Of a stretch of DNA of 32,000 nt, positions 1 through 12,014 are shown piece after piece. Source of the DNA: Delftia acidovorans NBRC 14950 (lineage in GTDB: Bacteria > Pseudomonadota > Gammaproteobacteria > Burkholderiales > Burkholderiaceae_C); assembly GCF_001598795.1 (NCBI RefSeq), contig NZ_BCZP01000010.1:1-32000 (forward strand), read 5' to 3'. The notes beneath the pieces are model-generated. The model was given only the letters and a program-made list of their open reading frames with translations, was not told where the DNA came from and made no database searches. The position numbers and the translations under genes are program-made. Every line of letters begins with the position of its first letter. Within the stretch, counting starts at the first letter, position 1.

Positions 1-31
1 TTTACAGAATCCGGGATTCGCCGCAGCAGGC

Positions 32-1285
32 ATGGGCCGGCTGCGGCCGGAGACCGTCTTGCCCCACCTGATCGAAAGCTTTGCCGACATGGCGCCCTTC
101 GTGGCCCTGCGGCGCGACCTGCATGCCCACCCCGAGCTGGGCTTCGAGGAACACCGCACCTCGGCCATCGTGGCCGAACGCCTGGCCGCCTGGGGCGTGG
201 AGGTGCACACCGGCCTGGCCGGCACGGGCGTGGTGGGCGTGGTGCGCGGCAGGCATACGGACGCACGCCACGGCACGCGCACCATCGGCCTGCGCGCCGA
301 CCTGGATGCGCTGCCGCTGCAGGAAGAAAACCGGTTTGCCCACCGCTCGCAGCATGCAGGCCGCATGCATGCCTGCGGCCATGACGGCCACACCACCATG
401 CTGCTGGCCGCGGCCTGGCATCTGGCGCGCACGCGCGACTTCGCGGGCACGGTGCACCTGATCTTTCAGCCGGCCGAAGAGATGGGCAAGGCCGGCGCAC
501 GCAGGATGATCGACGAAGGCCTGTTCGAGCGCTTCCCCTGCGATGCGGTCTTCGCACTGCACAACTTCGCGCTGGACCGCGTGGGCAGCTTCGCGCTCAA
601 CCCGGGCGCGCTCATGGCCTCCAGCAACACCTTCCGCATCGTGCTGCATGGGCAGGGCACGCATGCCTCGCTGCCGCACACGGGCATCGATCCGGTGGCC
701 GCCACCATTGACCTGGCCCAGCAGCTGCAGACCCTGGTCGCGCGCCATGTGGATTCGCGCGAACGCGCGCTGCTGGCGGTGACGCAGATCCAGGGCTCGG
801 ACGCGCCCAACGTGATTCCCGACAGCGCCTGGGTGGGCGGCACGGTGCGCACCTTCTCCGTGGCGGCGCTGGACATCCTCGAAGCCGCCTTGCGCCGCCA
901 GGCCGAGCACACGGCCCTGGCCCATGGCTGCAGGGCCGAGATCCATTTCCGCCGCGCCTCGCCGCCCCTGGTCAACCACGCGGCCGAGGCCGCCTTCGCC
1001 GCCGCCGTGATGCGCGAGATCGCGGGCGACGACGCCGTGGACACGCAGTTCCCCGGCGTGCTGGCGGCCGAGGACTTCGCCCACATGCTGCAGGCGCGGC
1101 CCGGCTGCTACGCCTTCATCGGCAACGGCCAGGGCGATCACCGACTGCCCGGCCATGGCGACGGCCCCTGCCTGATCCACAACCGCTCCTACGACTTCAA
1201 CGACGACATCCTTGCCATCGGCGCCAGCTACTTCGTGCGGCTGGTGGAGCGGTGGCTTGCCGTCCCCCAGAAAACTTCCCCATGA
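32..1285 (+). CDS. M20-family amidohydrolase (hippurate hydrolase / N-acyl-amino-acid amidohydrolase-like)
   Basis: 417-aa ORF with 'LRRDLHAHPELGFEEHRTS' and 'HACGHDGHT' segments typical of M20D aminoacylases. The frame stays open to the left edge, so the true start could lie outside the window. The stop overlaps the next start (ATGA at 1282-1285). Confidence 0.85.
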   Translation: MGRLRPETVLPHLIESFADMAPFVALRRDLHAHPELGFEEHRTSAIVAERLAAWGVEVHTGLAGTGVVGVVRGRHTDARHGTRTIGLRADLDALPLQEENRFAHRSQHAGRMHACGHDGHTTMLLAAAWHLARTRDFAGTVHLIFQPAEEMGKAGARRMIDEGLFERFPCDAVFALHNFALDRVGSFALNPGALMASSNTFRIVLHGQGTHASLPHTGIDPVAATIDLAQQLQTLVARHVDSRERALLAVTQIQGSDAPNVIPDSAWVGGTVRTFSVAALDILEAALRRQAEHTALAHGCRAEIHFRRASPPLVNHAAEAAFAAAVMREIAGDDAVDTQFPGVLAAEDFAHMLQARPGCYAFIGNGQGDHRLPGHGDGPCLIHNRSYDFNDDILAIGASYFVRLVERWLAVPQKTSP

Positions 1286-2256
1286 AAACCTCTCATCCTT
1301 CTCCCGTCACCCGCCGCGTTCTGCTGGCAGCAGCCCTGGCCTTGGGACTGGCACCGGCCGTGCATGCCGAACGCGTGATCCGTATCGTCGTGCCCTTCGG
1401 CGCAGGCGCCACGCAGGACACGGTGGCACGCACCTTCAGCAATGAGCTGGGCCAGGCCCTGGGCGCCACCGTGGTGGTGGAAAACCGGGCGGGCGCGGGT
1501 GGCAGCGTGGGCACGGCCCAGGTGGCCAAGTCCGCACCGGACGGCAACACCCTGGTGCTGGCTGCGGCCAGCCACAACCTGGCCGGCCATCTGTATGCGA
1601 AGCTGCCCTATGACCCGCTCAAGGACTTCGTGGGCGTGTCCTTCCTGGGCCGCACGGGCTATGTGGTGGGCGTGCCGGCCGCCTCGGGCGTGCAGACCCT
1701 GGGCGAGCTGCTGCAGCGCGCCAGGGCCCAGCCCGGCCAGCTCAACTATGCGTCGGCCGGCAATGGCAGCGCCTCGCACCTGGCCTCGGCCTCGCTGGCC
1801 GCGCAGGCGGGCGTCAAGCTGCAGCACATCCCCATGAAATCCACGGGCGACGCCACGACCGAACTGCTGGCCGGCCGCGTGCAGCTGGTCACGGGCGCCA
1901 CCATCGGCATGCTGGCCTTCCAGAAGGATCTACGCGTGAAGCTGCTGGCCTACTCGGGCCAGCAACGGTCGCGCTTCCTGCCCGATCTGCCCACGGTGGC
2001 CGAGTCCGGCGTGCCCGGCTATGCCTTCGACTCCTGGCTGGGCCTGCTGGCACCGGCCGGCACGCCGCCCGCCGAAGTGGAGCGCATCAACGCCGCCGTG
2101 CGCAAGGTGCTGGCCGAGCCCGTGGTCCAGGAGCGCCTGGCCCGCGTGGGCGTGGAAGCCGCCACCCTGCCGGCCGCCGAATTCCAGCGCCTGCTCAAGG
2201 ACGACTGGGAAGCGTCCGGGCGCATCGTCAAGGCGGCCGACGTGCGCATCGAATAG
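1282..2256 (+). CDS. Bug-family (TctC-like) tripartite tricarboxylate transporter substrate-binding protein
   Basis: Start taken at the internal ATG 1282 (MKTSHPSPVTRRVLLAAALALGLAPAVHA, a signal peptide with an RR motif). Bug-type segments 'VENRAGAGGSVG', 'LNYASAGNGSASHL' and 'PDLPTVAESGVPGY'. ATGA overlap with the upstream amidohydrolase implies translational coupling. Confidence 0.9.
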   Translation: MKTSHPSPVTRRVLLAAALALGLAPAVHAERVIRIVVPFGAGATQDTVARTFSNELGQALGATVVVENRAGAGGSVGTAQVAKSAPDGNTLVLAAASHNLAGHLYAKLPYDPLKDFVGVSFLGRTGYVVGVPAASGVQTLGELLQRARAQPGQLNYASAGNGSASHLASASLAAQAGVKLQHIPMKSTGDATTELLAGRVQLVTGATIGMLAFQKDLRVKLLAYSGQQRSRFLPDLPTVAESGVPGYAFDSWLGLLAPAGTPPAEVERINAAVRKVLAEPVVQERLARVGVEAATLPAAEFQRLLKDDWEASGRIVKAADVRIE

Positions 2257-2268
2257 TCACCCAGGCCG

Positions 2269-2628
2269 TCACAGCAGCTTGGTGCCCAGCGGCACCTCGC
2301 GGTCGGGCACGCACAGCGCCACCTCGCCGTTCTCGTTGTGGAATCCCGTGACCAGGCATTCCGAGCGCATGGGACCGATCTGCTTGCTGGGAAAGTTCAG
2401 CACGGCCACCACCTGGCGGCCGATCAGTTCCTCGGGCCGGTACAGCGCCGTGATCTGGGCGCTGGACTTGCGCACGCCCAGTTCGGGGCCGAAATCGACC
2501 TGCAGCACATAGGCGGGTCGGCGCGCCTCCTTGAACACCTGGGCGTCCACGATGCGGCCCACGCGCAACTCCACCTTGAGGAAGTCGTCAAAGCCAATGG
2601 TCTCGTGCAATGCGGATGAAGTAGTCAT
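2269..2628 (-). CDS. csaA: tRNA-binding domain protein (CsaA-type)
   Basis: 119 aa from ATG 2628 (MTTSSALHETIGFDDFLKVELRVGRIV...). 'KVELRVGRI', 'QVDFG' and 'VAVLNFP' are typical of the CsaA/YgjH tRNA-binding fold. The upstream 30 codons of the track ORF lack similarity. Confidence 0.8.
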   Translation of the reverse strand: MTTSSALHETIGFDDFLKVELRVGRIVDAQVFKEARRPAYVLQVDFGPELGVRKSSAQITALYRPEELIGRQVVAVLNFPSKQIGPMRSECLVTGFHNENGEVALCVPDREVPLGTKLL

Positions 2629-2704
2629 GCGGCCATGATGCCGCGCCGCCGGTGCCGGCTTTGTCGAGCAACGCTTGCAGTGCCAGGGCACACTGCCCGC
2701 CATG

Positions 2705-2735
2705 AAAAAGGCCGGCATCGCGTCCGATGCCGGCC
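2705..2735 (-). terminator. Rho-independent terminator downstream of gapA
   Basis: Perfect 11-bp stem (2710-2720 ggccggcatcg / 2725-2735 cgatgccggcc) with a 4-nt loop. On the minus strand it is followed by a T5 run (a2705-a2709). Confidence 0.8.
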
Positions 2736-2779
2736 TGGTGCGGGGCCCTCGACAGGCCCCGCAGCGGTTCGCGCCAGGA

Positions 2780-5936
<3,157 letters not shown>

Positions 5937-6122
5937 CAGGGCGCTCCGTGAAGGAGGGGGTAATCAGAATAAGCCGGCCATTTTAAAGGACTGGGGTTTT
6001 CGGCTCCCGGGCGCGGGGCAATGGCCGCTGGCAATGGTCTACAGTTGCCCTCCATGACCGCCCAGCCCATCCCGCCGTTCCCCGCCGCCAAGGCGCTTTC
6101 CCTCACCGAACAGCCGCCTGCC

Positions 6123-6839
6123 ATGCTGCTGGCCGCAGGCCGTGGCGAGCGCATGCGGCCGCTGACCGACACCACACCCAAGCCCCTGCTGCAGGTGCAG
6201 GGCCAGCCGCTGCTGCAGCACCACATGCAGGCGCTGGCCCGGGCGGGCGTGCGCCGCGCGGTGGTCAATACGGGCTGGCTGGGCGAGCAGATCCCCGCGC
6301 GCTTCGGCGCGCGCTTCGCGCCCGACACAGGTGGCGAGCCGCTGCAGTTGGCCTATTCCCCCGAGCCCGAGCAGGCGCTGGAGACCGCCGGCGGCATTGC
6401 GCGCGCGCTGCCGCTGCTGGGCGATGTGTTCTGGCTGGCGGCCGGCGACGTCTACGCGCCCGACTTCGATTTTCCGTTCGAGGCCGCCCGGGAATTCGCG
6501 GCCAGCGGCCGCCTGGCCCATCTGTGGCTGGTGCCCAACCCCGAGCACCATCGGCGTGGCGACTTCGGCGTGGACGAACTGGGCCTGGCCTGCGACTGGC
6601 CCGAGGGCGATGCCCGCCCGCGCCAGACCTACGGCACCATTGCGCTGCTGCGCGCCGAGCTGTTTGCCGCGCCCTGGTGCGATATCCCGCCCGGCAACCC
6701 CGAGGGATGGCGCGTGCCGCTGGTACTGCTGCTGCGCCGCGCCATGGCGGCCGGCCAGGTGGGGGCCAGCCTGTACACGGGCCGCTGGACCGACGTGGGC
6801 ACGCCCGAGCGGCTGGAACGCCTCAACGCGCCGGGCTGA
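6123..6839 (+). CDS. murU: Nucleotidyltransferase, MurU-like (N-acetylmuramate alpha-1-phosphate uridylyltransferase family)
   Basis: 'MLLAAGRGERMRPLTDTTPKPLL' sugar-nucleotidyltransferase P-loop, plus 'LETAGGI' and 'GDVY' segments. The start is ambiguous: ATG at 6123 puts the GxGxR loop at the usual N-terminal position, but in-frame ATGs also exist at 6054 and 6021. None has a clear RBS. Confidence 0.7.
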   Translation: MLLAAGRGERMRPLTDTTPKPLLQVQGQPLLQHHMQALARAGVRRAVVNTGWLGEQIPARFGARFAPDTGGEPLQLAYSPEPEQALETAGGIARALPLLGDVFWLAAGDVYAPDFDFPFEAAREFAASGRLAHLWLVPNPEHHRRGDFGVDELGLACDWPEGDARPRQTYGTIALLRAELFAAPWCDIPPGNPEGWRVPLVLLLRRAMAAGQVGASLYTGRWTDVGTPERLERLNAPG

Positions 6840-6971
6840 TACACCGCGCGTAGGTGAGTGCGGCCTGGCGATCGGCGGCTTGGCGCCCTGCCCCCTGGAC
6901 CTGCAGGCAGCGGCGGGCGCTTCGTGATAGCGTCGCCGGTTCGGCGCAGCGGCGCGCCAGAAAGCCTTTCG

Positions 6972-7808
6972 ATGAGCGTGATCCAGTATGTGATGTTCCT
7001 GGCCCTGGTGGGCTTGGCGACGTTTTGCCAGAACCTGACGGGCTTTGCCTTCGGGCTGATCTTCGTGGGCGTGGCCGGTGCCACGCACCTGATGGGCATT
7101 GGCGATGCGGCCAACGTGGCCTGCCTGCTGTCCGTGGTCAACGGCGTGGCCTACCTGCGCGCCCACCGCCAGGTGCCGCAGTGGTCCCTGCTCAAGCCCA
7201 TGCTGATCAGCAGCGTCATCGGCGTGATCGGCGGCGTGCTGCTGCTGCAGTGGCTCAGCGGCAATGCGCTGAGCGGGCTGCGCATGCTGCTGGGCCTGGC
7301 CATCGTGGCCTGCGCGCTGTTGCTGTTGCTGCAAAAGCAGGTCAACGCGCAGGTGTCGGGGCCGGTGTCGCTGTGGGTGGCCGGTGTGGCATCGGGGGTG
7401 CTGGGCGGGCTGTTTGCCACGCCGGGCCCGCCCATGGTCTACCACCTGTACCGCCAGCCGCTGGACCGCCTGGTGGTGCGCCAGTGCCTGTTTGCCATGT
7501 TCCTCACCTGCGCGCTGCTGCGCCTGGTGATGGTGGCCTGGGAGGGCGAGATCACCGCCAGCGTGCTGCTGGCGGCGGCCCTGGCCTTTCCCGTGGTGAC
7601 GGTGGTGACCTGGCTGCACATGCGCCATCCGCCCGCCCTGCCCAAGCGGCTGGTCGAATGGATGGTCTGCCTGCTGCTGGTGCTGTCGGGCACCAGCCTG
7701 CTGGTGTCGGGCTGGAACGCCAGCCACCCCCAGCCCGTGGTGCCCGATGACGAGATGGCCATGGCCGTACCCCAGCGGTCCCAGGCTGCGGCCCCCGCGC
7801 CGCGCTGA
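6972..7808 (+). CDS. TauE/SafE-family (DUF81) anion exporter membrane protein
   Basis: 278 aa from ATG 6972 (MSVIQYVMFLALVGLATFCQNLTGFAFGLIFVG...). Uniformly hydrophobic multi-TM profile with an internal repeat-like organisation ('GVLGGLFATPGPP') typical of this family. The upstream 38 codons of the track ORF are Arg/Pro/Gly junk. Confidence 0.7.
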   Translation: MSVIQYVMFLALVGLATFCQNLTGFAFGLIFVGVAGATHLMGIGDAANVACLLSVVNGVAYLRAHRQVPQWSLLKPMLISSVIGVIGGVLLLQWLSGNALSGLRMLLGLAIVACALLLLLQKQVNAQVSGPVSLWVAGVASGVLGGLFATPGPPMVYHLYRQPLDRLVVRQCLFAMFLTCALLRLVMVAWEGEITASVLLAAALAFPVVTVVTWLHMRHPPALPKRLVEWMVCLLLVLSGTSLLVSGWNASHPQPVVPDDEMAMAVPQRSQAAAPAPR

Positions 7809-7812
7809 CAAC

Positions 7813-7848
7813 AAAAAAGCCCACCGGGCGGACCGGCGGGCTTTCTTT
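7813..7848. terminator. Bidirectional terminator between the TauE-like gene and fba
   Basis: A6 run (7813-7818), a 9-bp stem with one mismatch (7819-7827 / 7833-7841), then tttcttt (7842-7848). Sits between two convergent stops. Confidence 0.75.
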
Positions 7849-7865
7849 GAAGGGGAAGGAACCGA

Positions 7866-8930
7866 TCAGTTCACGACCTGCTGCAGCGAACCGGCAGCGT
7901 ACTTGGCAGCCATCTGCTCCAGCGTGTAGCCCTTGATCTTGGCGCCCTGGCCTTCGCAGCCGAACTCGATGTAGCGGGCCTTGCAGATCTGCTTGGCGGC
8001 TTCGCGGGCAGGCTTGAGCCATTCGCGGGCGTCGAACTTCTCGGGGTTCTCGGCCAGGAACTTGCGCACGGCGCCGGTCATCGCCAGGCGGATGTCGGTG
8101 TCGATGTTGATCTTGCGCACGCCGTGCTTGATGGCTTCCTGGATTTCCTCGACGGGCACGCCGTAGGTTTCCTTCATGGCGCCGCCGTACTGGCGGATGA
8201 TTTCCAGCAGTTCCTGGGGCACGGAGGAGGAGCCGTGCATGACCAGGTGGGTGTTGGGCAGGCGCGCGTGGATTTCCTTGACGCGCTGGATGGACAGGAT
8301 GTCGCCCGTGGGCTTGCGCGTGAACTTGTAGGCGCCGTGGCTGGTGCCGATGGCAATGGCCAGCGCGTCCAGCTGCGTGGCCTTGACGAACTGGGCCGCT
8401 TCCTCGGGGTCGGTCAGCAGGGCCGAGTGGTCGAGCACGCCTTCGGCGCCCACGCCGTCTTCCTCGCCGGCCATGCCGGTTTCCAGCGAGCCCAGGCAGC
8501 CGAGCTCACCTTCGACGGTGGCGCCCAGCCTGTGGGCCATTTCCACGACCTTGCGGGTCACGTCCACGTTGTATTCGAAGGAGGAAGGCGTCTTGCCGTC
8601 TTCCATCAGCGAGCCGTCCATCATCACCGAGCCGAAGCCCAGGTTCAGCGCGCCCTGGCAGATGGCAGGCGAGGTGCCGTGGTCCTGGTGCATGACCAGG
8701 GGGATGTGGGGATACTGCTCGGCAGCGGCCTGGATCAGGTGCTTGATGAAGGGCTCGCCAGCGTACTTGCGGGCGCCTGCGCTGGCCTGCAGGATGACGG
8801 GCGCGCCCACTTCGTCGGCGGCCGACATCACGGCTTGCACCTGCTCCAGGTTGTTGACGTTGAAGGCGGGAAGACCGTAGCCGTTTTCGGCAGCGTGGTC
8901 CAGCAGTTCGCGCATCGAAACGAGAGGCAT
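7866..8930 (-). CDS. fba: Fructose-bisphosphate aldolase, class II
   Basis: 354 aa from ATG 8930 ([30 protein letters not shown]...). 'HQDHG', '[10 protein letters not shown]' and '[10 protein letters not shown]' class-II aldolase segments. Confidence 0.95.
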   Translation of the reverse strand: MPLVSMRELLDHAAENGYGLPAFNVNNLEQVQAVMSAADEVGAPVILQASAGARKYAGEPFIKHLIQAAAEQYPHIPLVMHQDHGTSPAICQGALNLGFGSVMMDGSLMEDGKTPSSFEYNVDVTRKVVEMAHRLGATVEGELGCLGSLETGMAGEEDGVGAEGVLDHSALLTDPEEAAQFVKATQLDALAIAIGTSHGAYKFTRKPTGDILSIQRVKEIHARLPNTHLVMHGSSSVPQELLEIIRQYGGAMKETYGVPVEEIQEAIKHGVRKINIDTDIRLAMTGAVRKFLAENPEKFDAREWLKPAREAAKQICKARYIEFGCEGQGAKIKGYTLEQMAAKYAAGSLQQVVN

Positions 8931-9059
8931 GTGTAGGGTCCGTATCAAGTTGTTGAGAGGGGGATGCCCCTGCCGCATGGCAGCCGCCGCTGCGTCATGG
9001 GTGCGCTGCGGGGCCACGGCCGGGGGATCGCGGCAGTAACCGCTTGGTAACTGGCGATT

Positions 9060-10430
9060 TTAACCAGCTGCCGCCAACCCTGTCCCGGGCATTCCCATGC
9101 GGTAGCAGGTCGTGAAGCCTTCGGGCGGCGCGGCCTCGCCAAAGCTTCCCTGGTGGGCGCGCAGCACGCGCGCCACGATCTCGTGGCCCAGGTGCAGGCT
9201 GTCCACGGGCGCTGCCGCGCGCTCTGCGCCATCGCGGCGGCCGTCGTCGCAGACCTGCAGCCAGACCTCGCCATCCGGCCCCCGCCCGGCCTGGACTTCG
9301 ATCTGCGTGCCGTGCGGCGTGTGCTTGAGGGCGTTTTCCACCAGGTTGCGCAGCGCCAGCTCCAGCAGCACGGCATTGCCCATCACGCCCAGTGCCTCAG
9401 GCGCCTGCACGGACAGGCTGCAGTCGCGCTGCCAGGCCGCCTGCGCATGGGCGGCCCCCACCTGCCGGGCCAGCGCGGCCAGGTCCACGGGCACGGGCGG
9501 CTCGGCCAGCATGGCGCGGCCTGCGCGCGCCAGTGCCAGCAGCTGGCTGAGCACATGGCCGGCATGCAGCGCGTCCTGGCCTATCTGCGCCAGCGCCTGG
9601 CGCTGGGCCGGTGCGTCCATGGCACCGGCCGGCGCATCGCCCAGGGCCCGCGCCTGCAAGGCGATGGAGGCCAGCGGAGTGCGCAGTTCATGGGCCACTT
9701 CGTTGGCCAGGCTGCGCTCGCGCTCCAGCGCCTCCTGCTGGCGGTCCAGCAAGGTGTTGATGGAGTTCACCACGGGCATGAATTCCCGCAGCGCGTGGCG
9801 GTGCGAGACGCGCTCGGCCTGGGCCAGGTCCAGGCGCTCCACCTCGCGCGAGAGTTCGTTGAGCGGCCGCATGCCCCGGCGAATCGCCAGCCCCAGCGCC
9901 AGCGCCACCACGGGCAGCAGCCACAGGCCGGGCTCGACCATCTGGCCCGCAATGTCGTCGGCCAGTTCGTCGCGCTCCTGCAGCTCGATCATCACGCTGA
10001 CCTTGCGCGCATGGTCGCGGCTCCATTGGGTGAAGCTGCGCCAGGCCCGATGCTCGGGACCCAGGCGCAGGGTGGCAAAGCCCTGCTCGGTGTCGAAGGC
10101 GGGTTCGGGGGCATCGCCCGTGCGCGAGATGAGCCGGCCCGAGCCATCCCACAGGGCCACGCTCAGCGACTGCTGGTAGTCGTGGGCCATGAGGCCGGGG
10201 GGCTCATGCACGGGCGTGGCTGCTCCCTGGCCTACGGCGCCTGCGACTTCCAGGTTGAGCACCAGCGCAGCCACGCCGGCCAGGTGGCCGTCGGTCAGCT
10301 CGTCGGCCTCGTGCACGCCGGTCTGGTAGCCCAGTGCCACGAAGCTGGCCCAGACCACGACCAGCGCGCCCAGCATCCAGGCCATCAGATGCCAGATCAG
10401 CGATGGGCGGCGGTCCGGCGCGGTGCTCAT
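9060..10430 (-). CDS. Sensor histidine kinase (periplasmic-sensing, HAMP-HisKA-HATPase)
   Basis: 456 aa from ATG 10430 (MSTAPDRRPSLIWHLMAWMLGALVVVW...). Two TM segments flank a periplasmic region of about 130 aa. H-box 'VAHELRTPLASI'. N-box-like 'LVENALKHTP'. The start overlaps the regulator stop (ATGA at 10427-10430). Confidence 0.88.
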   Translation of the reverse strand: MSTAPDRRPSLIWHLMAWMLGALVVVWASFVALGYQTGVHEADELTDGHLAGVAALVLNLEVAGAVGQGAATPVHEPPGLMAHDYQQSLSVALWDGSGRLISRTGDAPEPAFDTEQGFATLRLGPEHRAWRSFTQWSRDHARKVSVMIELQERDELADDIAGQMVEPGLWLLPVVALALGLAIRRGMRPLNELSREVERLDLAQAERVSHRHALREFMPVVNSINTLLDRQQEALERERSLANEVAHELRTPLASIALQARALGDAPAGAMDAPAQRQALAQIGQDALHAGHVLSQLLALARAGRAMLAEPPVPVDLAALARQVGAAHAQAAWQRDCSLSVQAPEALGVMGNAVLLELALRNLVENALKHTPHGTQIEVQAGRGPDGEVWLQVCDDGRRDGAERAAAPVDSLHLGHEIVARVLRAHQGSFGEAAPPEGFTTCYRMGMPGTGLAAAG

Positions 10431-11125
10431 GTGTTCTCCACGGGCAGGAAGTAGCCCACGCCACGCATGGTGACGATGCTGGCATTGCCCAGCTTCTTGC
10501 GCAGGTGGTGGATGTGGACTTCGACGGCATTGCTTTCCACGGCCGTGCCCCAGCTGTAGAGGTGCTCTTCGATCTGCTGGCGCGAGAGCACGCGCCCGCG
10601 CGCCTGCAGCAGCACCCAGAGTACGGAGAACTCGCGCGGCGACATCTCCACCAGCTTTCCGTCGCGGCGCACGGTGCGCGCGGCCGGGTCGACCTCCAGC
10701 TCGCCATGGCGGATCACGGGTGCCGCCTGCCCGCCTGCGCGGCGCAGCATGGCGCGCAGCCGCGCCTCCAGCTCGTCGATGTCGAAGGGCTTGACCAGGT
10801 AGTCGTCGGCACCCAGGTCCAGCCCGGCGATGCGCTCGCGCACCTGGTCGCGCGCGGTCAGGATGAGCACGGGCGTGTTGGGGTCCGGCAGGGCCTGGCT
10901 GTCGCCACCCGGGCGGCGCGGGCCCCGCAGGCGGCGCAGGATTTCGCTGCCGTCGCCATCGGGCAGGCCCAGGTCCAGCAGCACGGCGTCGAAGCGCTCC
11001 ATCTCCAGCGCATGCCAAGCCTCGGCCACGGTGGTGCAGACATCGACCGCATAGCGGCGCTGTTGCAGATTGGCCTGCAGGCCTGCGGCAATGCCCGCGT
11101 TGTCTTCGACGACCAGTATTCGCAT
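10427..11125 (-). CDS. OmpR/PhoB-family response regulator
   Basis: 232 aa from ATG 11125 (MRILVVEDNAGIAAGL...). Phospho-acceptor context 'DAVLLDLGLPDGDG', 'LILTARD', 'GADDYLVKPF' and a winged-helix C-terminus 'TMRGVGYFL'. An extra Pro/Arg/Gly-rich segment of about 15 aa ('RGPRRPGGDSQALPDPNTP') precedes beta-4. Confidence 0.92.
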   Translation of the reverse strand: MRILVVEDNAGIAAGLQANLQQRRYAVDVCTTVAEAWHALEMERFDAVLLDLGLPDGDGSEILRRLRGPRRPGGDSQALPDPNTPVLILTARDQVRERIAGLDLGADDYLVKPFDIDELEARLRAMLRRAGGQAAPVIRHGELEVDPAARTVRRDGKLVEMSPREFSVLWVLLQARGRVLSRQQIEEHLYSWGTAVESNAVEVHIHHLRKKLGNASIVTMRGVGYFLPVENT

Positions 11126-11225
11126 GCGCGCATTGTGCAATGCCCGCTGCCCGCTGCCGGCTGCGGCGCCAGACGATGGCCGCACGCCGGGGCATGCGTT
11201 AAGACGGGTTTAAGCCGCGCTTCTC

Positions 11226-12002
11226 ATGCTGCCGGCCATGCCGACACCTGAACCCCGAGATTTCTCCGCAGCCCCCGCGCAGGGCCCCTCCTTCAAACGC
11301 ACCCTGCTGTGGACCCTGGCGGCCCTGGTCGTGGTCCTGGCCTGGGATGCCAGCGCCCTGGACCTGGCCATGGCCCGCTGGTTTGGCGACGCCGATGGCT
11401 TTGCGCTGCGTTCGGACTGGTTCTTCGTGAACATCGCCCACGAAGGCGTACGCCGCCTGGCCTGGCTGGTGGTGCTGGGCCTGACGCTGTGCGTCTGGCG
11501 GCCCGTGGGCCCGCTGCGCCTGCTGCCTCATGGGCGGCGCGTGCAGCTGGTGGCGGGCATCTTGCTGTCGCTGGCCCTGATCTCGCTGCTCAAGTACACC
11601 AGCGCGACCAGCTGCCCCTGGGACCTGGCCGAGTTCGGCGGCGTGGCGCGCCATGTCTCGCACTGGTCGCTGGGCCTGGCCGATGGCGGGCCAGGGCGCT
11701 GCTTTCCCGCAGGCCATGCCTCGGCAGGCTTTGCCTTTTTGGCCGGCTATTTCGCGCTGCGCCGCCATGCACCGCGCGCAGCCTGGATCTGGCTGGCCGT
11801 CTCGCTGGCCGCGGGGCTGTCGATGGGCCTGGCCCAACAGATGCGCGGCGCCCATTTCATGAGCCACACGCTGTGGACCGGCTGGCTGTGCTGGACGGCT
11901 GGCTGGCTCTTCGACCTGGCGGTCACGCGTGCGCTGCGCACCCGGGAAAGCGCGCCCGACTCCCTGTGGCCCGCCGCCAGTCTTCCGCCTTCCACTCCCT
12001 GA
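11226..12002 (+). CDS. PAP2-superfamily membrane phosphatase, non-canonical motif
   Basis: 258 aa, multi-TM. PAP2-like blocks 'KYTSATSCPWD', 'FPAGHASAGF' and 'MRGAHFMSHTLW'. Divergent from the two-component operon with a gap of 100 nt. An alternative ATG exists at 11238. Confidence 0.75.
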   Translation: MLPAMPTPEPRDFSAAPAQGPSFKRTLLWTLAALVVVLAWDASALDLAMARWFGDADGFALRSDWFFVNIAHEGVRRLAWLVVLGLTLCVWRPVGPLRLLPHGRRVQLVAGILLSLALISLLKYTSATSCPWDLAEFGGVARHVSHWSLGLADGGPGRCFPAGHASAGFAFLAGYFALRRHAPRAAWIWLAVSLAAGLSMGLAQQMRGAHFMSHTLWTGWLCWTAGWLFDLAVTRALRTRESAPDSLWPAASLPPSTP

Positions 12003-12014
12003 TCGAGCGTTGCC

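Noticed and set aside
9060-11195. 711-aa ORF suggesting a giant fused kinase.
   Set aside because: Only the C-terminal 456 aa, from ATG 10430, look like a histidine kinase. The N-terminal part is an Arg/Pro/Ala-rich out-of-frame read across the response-regulator gene, which is clearly encoded in another frame (10427-11125).
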